From: Cyanophora paradoxa CCMP329
Taxonomy: Eukaryota > Plantae > Glaucophyta
Direction of reading: 5' to 3'
Length of the DNA stretch: 64,000 nucleotides
Assembly: GCA_004431415.1 (NCBI GenBank)
Contig: QPMI01000093.1
Coordinates: 62,001 to 126,000, forward strand
Under the pieces are notes generated by a model. The model was given only the letters and a program-made list of their open reading frames with translations, searched no databases and was not told the origin of the DNA. Every line of letters begins with the position of its first letter. The stretch's first letter is position 1. The translations under genes and the position numbers were made by a program. Positions 46,834-58,095 of this stretch are shown here, piece by piece.

Positions 46834-49800
46834 CTATTTTTTACGGTAATAACCGCTGTTGTAAGGGTCATAGGGGTCGGAGGAGCTGCCAGAATTGGAG
46901 CTTCCACTGCTTGTGCTTTCCGAATTGTAACTGTCTGAGTAAGGGTCATTTGAGCCGCCGTTGTAAGGGTCATAGGGGTTGTAGGAGCTGCCAGAATCGG
47001 AGCTTCCATCGCTCGTGCTTCCAGAACTGGAACTGTCAGAGTAAGGGTTATCTGAGCTGGAGCTGCCGGAGCTCGAGCTCGAGCTCGAGCTGCCGGAGCT
47101 CGAGCTCGAGCTGCTGGAGCTTGAGCTGGAGCTGCCGGAGCTTGGTCTATAGCTTCCAATGATAGAATTTGCTAAGCCAGAGCTTGCGCTTGAACGGAAG
47201 TTCTTCCAGTAGTTCGGGTCCATTTGCTGCAAGTAAGTCTGAAGGTCCTGATCGGTTTTGGGTTGAGCGACTTTGAGTAAGGATCTCTGTGCGCACAAGA
47301 TGCATGTGTAAGCTAACAATTGCTTAACTATAAGCAGATTAGATGGAGATCGCACTGGGGTACATGTGAATTCGCACTTCCTGCAGGTTGTTATACCATC
47401 TTTTAACTTATTCGCAATAGTATTCCTCAGAGTCTGAGCTGCTTCCGTTTCAGCCTGGCAAGTCTGCGGCAGAGCAGGCGATCGCGATCGATATCAGTAG
47501 CGAGCTGAAGCAAGTTACAGATTGAAGAACACGCCATCACACCTTGTATGCTGGAAGGAGCAAGAAACGGATATACTCTTTGTAAATTTCGAGATCAACT
47601 TGTCTTTGCCGGACAAACGCGCTCAGCGTGTTTCGATCATTTGCCAATCGGAGCGTCGAGTTGTGCACGGATTTGATTGTATCTTCCGCAACCTTAACGA
47701 CCTTGTCGGCCCACCGTTTCTCGGCTTCTGCTTGCCGGGAAAAAACGGCAGCAATGGCCGCCATCGCAATCATAACTGCACATGTATTCGAGGGTTATCA
47801 TTATGACCCTGCTGCTTTGTTTTATATTTTCGAATATTTGCGCACCTGCTGCGATCAGGATGTAGATAATCGCCCGCTTTCGCTTCTTGTAAACATCATG
47901 TCGGGTGCTCTCCCGTACAAGAACCTAAATTCGGCAATCAGCGATGCAAGCTGAGCCCGAAACTGAGGTCTACTCACGACATGCTCTGGTGTGGGCTTCA
48001 AAAACACCGATTCGTCGAATTTCTTCTTCCCCTTATCCTCGCCATCCTAGCCGCACGCACTCAGATCAACACGGAACACAAATGCCTCCGCCGTAAAATT
48101 ATAACATAATGGTTGCACCTTAAAAAGCTTAGGCTTGGACCTCTTGAAACGATCCCAGGCCTGGTTGCAGCGAGTCCGCAGCGCCTCCGGAACAAGTCCG
48201 TACATCGCCCCCGATGGTTCTCCCATTCCGTACCGCTGAAGCCACTGCCCAAGTTTAAACGAATTCTGAAGTCAGTAGCATGAAGATACGGTACAAATGC
48301 GAGAACGAACCTCGTTGGCCTCCGTCAATGCAAAGCCACCGAGAAGGAAGGCCTCGGCTTTGGTGCGCAAAGTTTTCTTGATCTTTGATATGTGGACGCT
48401 GTCAGGGTCGGTCCAGCGGTCCGACGGAGGGATACCCAGGGCTGACGACGACGAGGAGCACATCATAAACAAATGCAGTCAAATGCTATAGCTAATGCTT
48501 GCGTTCACGCACCAAGTTTGTACTTGTCCGCCCGAAGAGACAGCTGAGCGTGCAGTCTGCAAGTACAGTCTGCTCTCTTCGTGCTCTCTAGGACCAACTA
48601 AAACGATAGCTCACCGTGAGATATCTGCATCGAACTGCATGCAGGTGCACGTGCATTAGACTTGATCTTGAATGATGACGCAGCTAATTCAAACGCAGGC
48701 ATACCCTGATGGCCTCCTCCATCTCTTTCACAGACTCGCAGAACGCCGGATCATCAGCAAGCACCGCAAGGTCGGCCGGCGTCTTGCCGAGGAGCGCAGT
48801 GAATTGCACTTTCTGCCTTCAGGCACGATTTAGAGGTTGCGGTGCAAAACTCGACCGGGGGCTCGACCTACCACGTGTTCACCGCCTGCCAGACGTCGAT
48901 ACGTTATAATTAGAGCGGTTCGGCGCAGAAATTACTATGCTACGTATAGACGTGAAATTAGGCAAACGCAGACTCACATCGATGCACAGCTGCTGCCGGC
49001 TGTACATTTACGGTTTCAAAGTAACGGCGAGTAAGCGGCAGCGTAAACGTGAGAAACACAAGATACAGCAACCAAAAAGAGCATGCACACCGGAGGAAGC
49101 TCCGCTCAGATTCGGATGCATTCGGACCAAGCGTCTCCGGCAGCGGAGAGATTGCTTCCATCTCAACCACGCTGATGCGCATTCGAGTTTGTGAGCAAGG
49201 AATGACTTCGCGCAAGTACACTTGATATACTAATTCTGGAAACTTATTCTGAATTTGAGGAAAAGAAAATTCTGAAGGACGGACACAACACGCTTGCTCT
49301 TTGCCTGGGCGTATTCGAATTCTGCAGAGAAGGGCAAAGTAAGATCGGGCGCGGGTTGGCGTCTGTGTATATAGGCTAGGTGCTCACCGTCAATGCTGCA
49401 CACGGTCAGAAAACAAATGCAAGTCAATTCGCGCGGACGGACATAAAATCAGCAACTCTGAGAAAATGACACACACCAATGCTGGGATTGCAGCCAATCG
49501 TTGGTGAGGAGGACGAGGACAACCGAGGATCCTTGGATGGCGATTGCTCTTGCTTGGCTCCTGTGCAATCGCAAGTTCGATTTCAAGAAGAGCCGAAAGA
49601 CGTGCGCGACAAGATATATAAAGGGCGCCATATGCATAATATATATGTGTACGAACCACTGCAATCCCTTCAGAATTCCTTTTGATTGGAAGTCCCAGGA
49701 TTGCGAAAAATTAGAAGCAATTCGGCTTCACACAAAAAAGCATGGCACACCGCTATCAGCGTTTGAGTCGAACCAGTGCGATATAGCTCGATCCTTCAAT

Positions 49801-51638
49801 AACTCGCAGATGATCTGCCGTGCGCATTTATTGGTCAAGCCGCGATTAATCATAATATTCGAATCTGGAAATAAGAAGTTGCTTCAATTCGTGCACACCT
49901 GCATTTCTGCTGTCTGCTTTCGGCGATACCTGTATATCGCAGAGGAGCGGTATTGATATTAGACTTGCGATAAGCTGGCGCTCATGTGCAGGCTTAAGGA
50001 TGCTCACGAGACCATGACGTCGTACGGCTTGATCGGGACGTTTGCATCTGCGAAGCAGGTTCGTTTAGCGACAATATATATATCGCCTCTGAAGATATCG
50101 ATCGCAATATCAATGCTGATCATGATGCTGAAATTCAAAGCGCGCAACCCGCGCTGTAATAAGTGTACATTGCAATCACCTGGCTCAACCACTGACGCTC
50201 CCTGGGGCTGCGGTTGAAATCAGCATCAGATCCGTCGTGATGTCCGCTGTATATAATATATATATTGAGTGCAAGTAGAGCATTGAAGGCTGACCCGAAT
50301 CCCAGAGACGAGGCGATCCCAAACTTCGAGGTTGCTTGAGTTGTCTACTCGTTTCCTACATGACCACCATGCTGATTTTTCCGTGAAGGTTGGTTTCTGC
50401 AACTCCTTCACGTTGATCTCCACGTGCTTCGATAGAATGGTAGCAGCAGCCATTGCCTCAACCGTCCCAGCGGCTTTTGCTGCCTTGCTAACACTCGTCC
50501 CGATTGAAAGAGCGACGATCTTGCGCCCGAGCCAGACGGCGTGGTCAAGCTCAACGAGGCAAGCGCTGTTTCCGCCTGTAATCAGCCAGGTGGAATTTAG
50601 AATGCGAGGCGCGAGCGACACGCACGGAGAACGGAACCATCCTTTTTGAGACGGAGGTCAATTTCGTTCAAATCACGTGCACTGGTCAGTACAGGCAGGC
50701 AGGAGGCGCGGCCGGCTATTCGGGTGCAAACCTTTCGTGGCGATAACGACGAAACTTTCACAGCTTTCTATTGCAGCCGAGATCCGCTTCTGGTGTTGCA
50801 AATTCTCGATAACTCCTTTGTGCTCAGCCTTGTCTTCGTCATACCAAACCTAAAACTCGCATTATCAATTTGGCAATGTAAACGCTATATTAAAGCGCAC
50901 TTTAAGGCCGAAACGTTGGAGGCCTTGAGCGAGGGTCGCGGCGGATGGCGCGTCGGTGTAGCGGTAACGTCGGCCGAAACAACCGAAGTGCCCACTAGTA
51001 GAGGCTCGGGCGTAGCTGATAGCACTGCCAGCCAAAAGAAGGATCAAATGGCGTCCAGGAATTCGAAGGATGCAAGAGGAATCAAAACAAAAAAAAGCGC
51101 GCAAGCTGAAAGATGCAAGCTTTAGAGATTAAGAGAAGCATGCGGGACGCACGCGTCATAGAATAGAATCTGTTCTTCGGGGCGCGGATCGGGAAGCGGG
51201 GCAGAGCTGTAATCCCGTCCTTTTGGAGCTGCCGTCGATATGAGCCCCGGCCTCGGGTGGCTAGACAGCGCCTTCCCGTCCGCTGAAGCGGATTGATCGT
51301 TGATCGTCATGACAACGATGCCACTATCCCCGACCACTGCCTGCGGTTCGCCAGCCTCTGGATCTTGGTAATCCTGTGCGCGCGAATACTTCATGATCAG
51401 TGAGCGTAGGATCGCCACTGGAAAAACCGACATAGCGATATCGAGAGCAACTTTATCGAATCATTTGAATGCCCACGAAATGCGCCCGCGAGCGCACTGG
51501 CAGCTGGCCATCGATGTCGCCGCTGGTGCCATCACCCGCCGTCGGCTGCGCAGAGTGCTTCGTCGAGCGGAGCCAGCTAGGCAATGTAGGCACGCGCAGG
51601 CTGGGCAATGTAGGCAATGTAGGCTTGAACTTCTTCAT
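46834..51638 (-). CDS. Tandem TIR-TIR domain, single-pass transmembrane protein (TIR-A), ~898 aa, 27 exons
   Basis: In-frame GT-AG exons: 51638-51498, 51373-51153, 51024-50901, 50849-50732, 50641-50626, 50565-50295, 50207-50180, 50047-50008, 49929-49899, 49814-49751, 49678-49657, 49560-49477, 49395-49388, 49321-49285, 49171-49091, 48999-48978, 48885-48872, 48816-48705, 48634-48615, 48556-48513, 48441-48311, 48244-48119, 48046-47978, 47924-47846, 47775-47543, 47463-47356, 47286-46834. TIR1 is FYDAAISYAR..LAQGLQRFGLKVWYD..ISAAIESCESFVVIATKGWFRSPACLVELDHAVWLGRKIV. TIR2 is YDVMVSYRR..LLKDRAISHWFD..ILKGLQWSQARAIAIQGSSVVLVLLTNDWLQSQHCIDEFEYAQAKSKRVVVV. The TM helix is AIIYILIAAVMIAMAAIAAVF. Confidence 0.88.
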
Positions 51639-52639
51639 AGCTATAGCCGGTTGCAATCGCAGCGAACTTCGCGCCCCCGCGCGAAAGTGCCGACTGTCGC
51701 GTCTACCGGGCAATGCCTCAAGGCGACGTCCGACGTCCAACTCGAGCTCGGCGATGTGCGCACTAAGTATCCGTATACTTAATTATGCGTACGCATATGC
51801 ATACGCCTTGCTATAGCCGCGGCCGCTGTCTCGGCGCTGAGCAGTCTCGACGAGCTCGAGTCGAGTGGACCTGCCACTGGGCTGCCAGTCGACCGGGTCC
51901 GGGACGGGTCCTACCGAGTAGTACCGACTCTACTACCGAGTCCTACGGGCTCCTACCGACTCCTACCGAGTCCTACGGGCCCTAGTACCGTAGTACGGGG
52001 TAGTACGGGCCCGGGGATCCCGGAGTCCCGGACTCGGGACCGGGGACTCGGCGGGCCCGGGGGAGTCCCGGAGTCCGGGGAGTTCAGGTTTCAACGGTCA
52101 CCGGATTTGCTCGACTTCGCTGGCAGTGACTGACACTGACTCATCAGTGAGTACTACCGGTAGGCTGTAGCACCGTGGCACCGTGGCGGCTAGCCGCCTG
52201 GCGCCGACTAGCCTACGGTACCGGGTCACCGGCCGCGGGTAGGCCTGCGGAGGGTGCGGCTTGCCGTCAAGCTTAACTTAGTAAGCCGGGCTGGGGCCGC
52301 AACGACTCGCAACTTGAGTCGCAAGTCAGTGATCAGGGCCTGCAGGGCCAGTGCAGGCCCCAGGCCCAGGCCCCAGTGGCCTCAGGCCTCGCCGAGTCGG
52401 TCCGGCCGCTGCGCATGCAGCCAATGCCAGCCATTCAATAATTGCGCCGCGCATGCACTGCGGCAGTCCGGCGCGCCATATCATAGTACTACTATACTAT
52501 GATAGTACCGGAATAGACTCGTAAAAAAAGGAACGTCGTAAAAAGTTGGCGAATCAGCAGCTAATTTTTTGGTACTACGGTACCGCACCCGCGGCCGGCC
52601 CGGCAGTGGGCCGGCACAGGCGCCGTACGGCGTACGCAT

Positions 52640-53100
52640 ATATGCGCAGTGCAGGACACTGCAGTCTGCAGACTGCAGGCTGCATCTTCAGACTGCAGGC
52701 TGGAGCCTGCAGGCTGCAGCCTGGCGCTGCGGCAGCCTGCAGGCTGCAGCTGCAGCCTGCAGACTGCAGGTGCATATGAGACGAAGCGTTTTGATAACAA
52801 CGCCTTTCATCTCGCAAGCTTAAGCTTGCGAAGCTTGCAAGCATTTTCAACAAATTCGTAACGCCTTTTATCTTGCAAGCTTGCGATTCGTTGCGAACAA
52901 CAACAACTCGGTAAGTAAAGCCCGGTGGCCTTTCAAGCTTTAAGTTTCATCTTGAAAGCTTCCGAGTTCGAATTCCGACTCGGCGAGACAAAAGCAAGCG
53001 AATCATTTTCCAAGCCTACACATCTCCTTTGGGGCCTTCAGCTTTCATCATGCAAGCTTCCGAGTTCAAGATTGGCAATTGCATTGAAATTCGATTTTGA
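52640..53100 (+). repeat. Dispersed repeat, inverted partner of 60540-60880
   Basis: Shares ctgcaggtgcatatgagacgaagcgttt.gataa, aacaacaact.ggt and aatcat.ttccaag..tacacat..c...tggggcctt with the reverse complement of 60540-60880. Confidence 0.8.
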
Positions 53101-53174
53101 GGTCTCGTATGCGAACACAGGACAATTACGGACAATTTTGGGGGGTAGATAGTATGAGACGACTGAGAGCAGTG

Positions 53175-53251
53175 AATTAGCAGAGTCCCAAATTAACAGA
53201 CCGTCGGACTATGTCAACATTTCAGTCTGTTAATTTGGGACTCTGTTAATT
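53175..53251. repeat. Inverted repeat, 27-bp arms (1 mismatch), 23-nt loop
   Basis: aattagcagagtcccaaattaacagac ... gtctgttaatttgggactctgttaatt. Confidence 0.85.
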
Positions 53252-54146
53252 AAGTGGGTCCAGTATTTTTGTGTGTTACACGGTACGGTCACCGGGTACC
53301 GGACCACTACCGGTACCGAGCTGCCGGAGCCTGCCGCCGCACTGCCGCAGTGCGGCAGCGCCGGCAGTCACTGAGTCACTGAGTGCCAGCTGCACTGTCC
53401 GATCTGCATGCGCACAGCCTGCCAGTGCACTAGTACTGCGCCGCGGCGGCAGGCTGAGCCAGACTAACCGTAAGGTCCGTAACTACCGTAATTATGCGGG
53501 AATTTATGCCAGTAGTATGGTCCGTATACTACTAGCCTAGTAGGTCTAGTATATCGCGTAGTCACTGAGTCACTGTGAGTACGTACTACGTATACGTTTC
53601 TAGCTACCGTAGTACCGGAGCCTACCGCCTCATGATCAGGGCCTACCGCCGGCTACCGGCCGCGGTACTACCGTAGTACGGTACTACCGTAGTAGTACGG
53701 TAGACTCCGGTAGTACTTCTAGCAAGTTCTAGACTACGGTAGTAAGCGCTCTGCGGCACTACGGACTCTACTAGGCTACTAGGCTAGTGCTACGGTACGG
53801 AGTCTACCCGACTCCCCGGGTTCACTGCAGCTCTTCAGCTCCACTAGTACTGCGCAGTAATTTATAAGCCAGAAAGGCGTTGCCGCGGTGCGCGAGCCTC
53901 GGAGGTCGGCCGCATCGAAATCCGCCGGCGTCGACGTCGACGCCGCGCCGCTAGCGCTTCCGACGCCTGGGCCCGGGGGCGCCCGGCGTCCCGCGCGAGA
54001 TCAGACCTTGGAGGCTAGCTATATATTGCACAGTACCGTCAGATCAGGTCGAGACACATATCCGATTGATATCGCCTTGCCACGCGCGGCCGCTGCGGTT
54101 TCAACCGGATCGGCTTCGAATTCGTCACCCTCCAGCACCGTCGACC

Positions 54147-55082
54147 ATGGCTCGCCTCGCACTCGCCGCCGTCGTTGTCTTCGCCGCCGTGCTGATGGCG
54201 TCCGCCTTCAGGGCCACGGTCCGCCTGCCGCGCCCTTAAAATTAAGCTTCCAACTGCAACAGCCGCTCTAGATCGATATATCTAGATCAGCCGCTCAACC
54301 GCTTATGATCATTATATGTGTGTGTGTATATTTCTAGTACTAACTGCACATACGTATGTACTACGGTACGCCCACACACACACACACACACGAAGGTCTC
54401 GGGTCCCTGGTGCGCATCGATATCGATACATATGCATGTATATATATACACACCAATGCGAGTGCGAGGTCGAAGCCGCCTAACCCTGCGCCAGGAGAGA
54501 TGATCGGTGCACTTACAAGGATGATGGCTGGAAAGAGAGCTCTGCAGACGTTCCGGAGACCTGCACGGCCATCAGCTCAGATAATTTTGGTGCATGCTTG
54601 GCTGGCTAGACATGATCAGGACTATCGCTGGCCGCCTGCAGCTGATATCGATGGTGCTTTTCAGGTTCCGAGAAGACCATCTGCAGCGGCGGCAGGGTCA
54701 CTGTCACCACCTACAGGTGCTGACTCTAGATCTACTATGTACATGGTTGCCTTTGGATATGAGTTTTAAATTGCGCCGCTGCGACCACCAATCGCGACCT
54801 CAGCTCCGGGGACTGCTCCGGGGAACCGTTGACCTCGTCCGCCTCGAAAAACAACGGCTGCATTGGCTCCGGCGTCAGTACCTACTCGGCCTACACCAAG
54901 GTTTGCCCGCCCGTCGACGTCCGCCGGCGCGCCGACCATACAAACTATCTATGCGCTGACCGTGACGCGCGATCGCAACGTAGACGAGCTGCTCGACCTC
55001 GGCCGGCTTTGCCATAGCCCCCTCGATCTTCGGCCTCCTTCTCGCCGTCGCGGCCGCCGCTGTGCTGAGCGGCTGCAGCTGA
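54147..55082 (+). CDS. Small secreted cysteine-rich surface protein with C-terminal hydrophobic (GPI-signal/TM) tail
   Basis: Signal peptide MARLALAAVVVFAAVLMASAFRA. Exons 54495-54589, 54665-54716, 54804-54900 and 54984-55082 join in frame (..GSEKTICSGGRVTVTTYSSGDCSGEP..GCIG..TSCSTSAGFAIAPSIFGLLLAVAAAAVLSGCS*). The second exon (possibly 54396-54409) is uncertain. Confidence 0.72.
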
Positions 55083-58000
55083 GCTTAGCTATAGTTGTAA
55101 GTCTAGATCTAAATAGGGTAGTACTATGTCTCCTTCCGAAGTTCTGATTATTGAACTGCGAAATTCAAATTAAGCTGCCATGGTTAACTTCGAATTCGGA
55201 TTACGTATACATAACACCTGCCTGTACTCGGGGGCGGTGTGCCTGGCTTAGTGCCCGGGGCAGAGTGCTTGGGGTGCAGATACTAGTGGCCCGGCCGCGA
55301 TTCTCGCGCCGGGGGTGCAAGGGGGGAACCGGGATCTAATGAAAGAGTCGTAGTGGCACGCACATGCACGGGGCAGATCTAGATCGACCCCGGCCCAGCG
55401 CGCGCGGCAGGTTGAAGTGTAAAGATAGACACAGAGTATATATGATTGAAAAAAATAGAAAAGGCCCGGGCCCATTAAGCAGACGCTGCGATCAAACCGA
55501 ATAGAGAAAAGCCTCAATGAAAGGCCAGATTCAGCGCACTGTATATGAAAGATCGTTCTGGAGCGAAAAAACGCTGCGCATCAACTGTTCGCACGGCCTA
55601 CCGCTAACCCTGAACAGCTGGCTAAAAGATGATGGTGCTGTCTGCAGAGGGCTCGCCGTAAACATAGGCGATCCAGGCCTTCTGGAGGGGGTCGGGGCGG
55701 AAGTCGACCATGGGGGTGAGCGGCAGCCAGCGGCGCCGGTCCTGAAGAGAGCCGTCCTGCGAGAGCATGGTGAGGCGGCCCGCCGCCTCGAGCGCCCGCA
55801 GAGCCACGCGGCTGGCGCGCTGCTCTGCACGAACAGCCCCGACAGACAGCATGCGACGGCTGTCTACTCACCACCCTTCGGTGCATGCGCAGGGGCGGGC
55901 AGAGCCGCAGCCACCGGCACAGCTAGGAAGCGGCGCAAGCGGATTTGCGGTGCAAGCTCAAGCACGAGTGCCGGGCAGCGTGCTCGACTACGGGCAGCGG
56001 CGCGTGCTCGGTACGCAGTGCTGCGGTGCAAGCTTGATGCAGTGAAAAGTAGTCCAGGCGGCACGGGTACCGGGCGGCGTACGCGGCGCACTGCAGCTGC
56101 GAGGAAGCGGAAATCTATAGGAGACAGGTAGAGAGAAGTGGTTCCATGGCCATGCAGAACCGCGCAACGAAGAGCAAGGCGTACGCGACGCACTGCGAGG
56201 AAGCCGAAATCTACAGGAGACAGCTAGGGAGAACTGGTTCCATGCAGAACCACGCAAGGAATTCGAAGACCGGAATGAGAGAGAAGTTGGTTTCCAGGCG
56301 TCAAGGCGAGGAAAGCTGGTCTTCGCTCTCGAAAACCGCTTTTTGCATGGACGGCCGCAGCGACAAACACGTGGCGCAACCCAATTTCGACCCATTTTTT
56401 TCCCGCGTTGCAAACTGGACCTCGAAAACGGCCTCGTAGAAAAATTTTGGCTGAAGCGAGGGAACGGGAAGCAAGGGGGGAAGACCTTCGGTCTTCTTTC
56501 CCCCCTTGCAATATATATGTCCTCAAGCTCCTCCTCGTCGGCCGCGGGCCGACGCCGACATCGTCGTGGGCTATATTCTAGTGAATTAAGTACAAGACTT
56601 CGAGGTGCATGTGCACGTGGGGACCGGATCCGGACGGGAGGCCCGCGCGCCAGGGCCGCCGAGGTCCGGGATCCGGAGAAGGTAGGTAGCTATAGGGTAG
56701 GAAGAATTCGAACAGGAGCCAGATCCGGAGGCGCACCCTAGGCCTGCTGCTGGTTGAGCTTCTCGAGGAGCTCCTTCTCACGGTGCAGCTGCAGCTGAGT
56801 TTGATGTCAAGGGGCAGATCTAGATCTAGTGGAAGACGCCCCGCGGCCCCATGGCCAACTTTCACACACGACTCAACCCCAGGGCTGGCTGGTGGCCGTC
56901 ATGGCATGGTGGCCATGGGCCGGCGCCAGATGATCGACGCCAACGGGGGGTAAAGGGGGAAGGGGGTGGGGCGTGTGGGGGGGGGGGGGGAGGGGAGGGG
57001 GGAAGGGGATGGGCCCGGGGGCCGGGGGTCGTGGGCGTGGGCGAGGGAGGGGCGGGAGAAAGGGAGGGAAGGGGGGGGGGGGGGGGGGGGGGGGGCAGCG
57101 GAAGAAGGGCTAACTGACTAGCGCTAGCACTCGAGCTCCCTAGCTATAGCTATATAGCTATAGATGTAGGCCTGGGCCGCCAGGCTTTATAAAATTAATA
57201 GATCTCATATAGGCTAGGGCTGGGCCGCCAGATTTCGAAATCGAAATCTGCCCCGCCGGCCACGTCACTGTCCGGTCCGCTACGGGGCCGGGCGCCCGGC
57301 GAGCCACGCCACTGTCCGGTCCGCTACGCATTTGCCCCACCATGGCACCCGGAGAGCCGCGCCACTGCCCTCCGTGCCTCCGCTATCTATAGGGGCCGCC
57401 CGGCCGCCCCGTCCTGCGAGTCGGGCTAACATCTGCTGCAACTCCAATTTTTGCAACCTGCCTGGCGATCGCGAGCCGCACCGCCGCCCCCCGCGCCTCC
57501 ACGTGCACCCCGCCCGGTGATCATGATATCGATCCGTGCCACGGTGCGCCTCCACATGTACACCGCCACTGTGTCTCCACCCCATTTTGTTTTTCGCAAA
57601 AGTGGACGTCGCATTGATACACCACGGCACATGTATCAATGTTCTACGTGACGTGCCCTTCCGACCGGTCATCTATCTGTGTCTCCAGCCCACTGTGCCC
57701 CCCGTCACGGCGTTGTGCCTCCACCCCTTAATAATAGTTTGTGATCATGATCATGCATTTGAGGACTCTATAACAAAGCTTGAAGCTTGCAATTGAAGCC
57801 TCTCTCCCCCGCCCCGAGAGGCGGCTGATCTCTCTAGGCTAATGGCGGTAACCGGCCATATGCATCGAAAATAAAAGCGGCGTAATGAGAGAAAACCCCC
57901 CCCCCCCCCCCCCCCCCCCACCCCCCGCGCTCGTGTGTATCGCGCTCGCACTCAATTAGCAGATGTCATGTCTGTAGCTAGCTAATGATAAATCTGATAA

Positions 58001-58095
58001 TCCGGGACGAGGGAGCAGGCTCGCCATCGATATATATACATATATATCGCATCTAGAACTACACCTCAAGCTCAAGCTCGAGCTCAAGTCGTTGA

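Noticed and set aside
50228-50248. TACAG at 50247 as the intron 6 acceptor of TIR-A
   Set aside because: It gives an in-frame stop. The downstream CCGCAG at 50208, preceded by a CTGAT branch-like motif, keeps the frame.
55531-56300. Protein-coding gene between the GPI and PLAC8 genes
   Set aside because: Only short stop-interrupted frames and a small direct repeat; more likely the decayed interior of the element ending at 56514.
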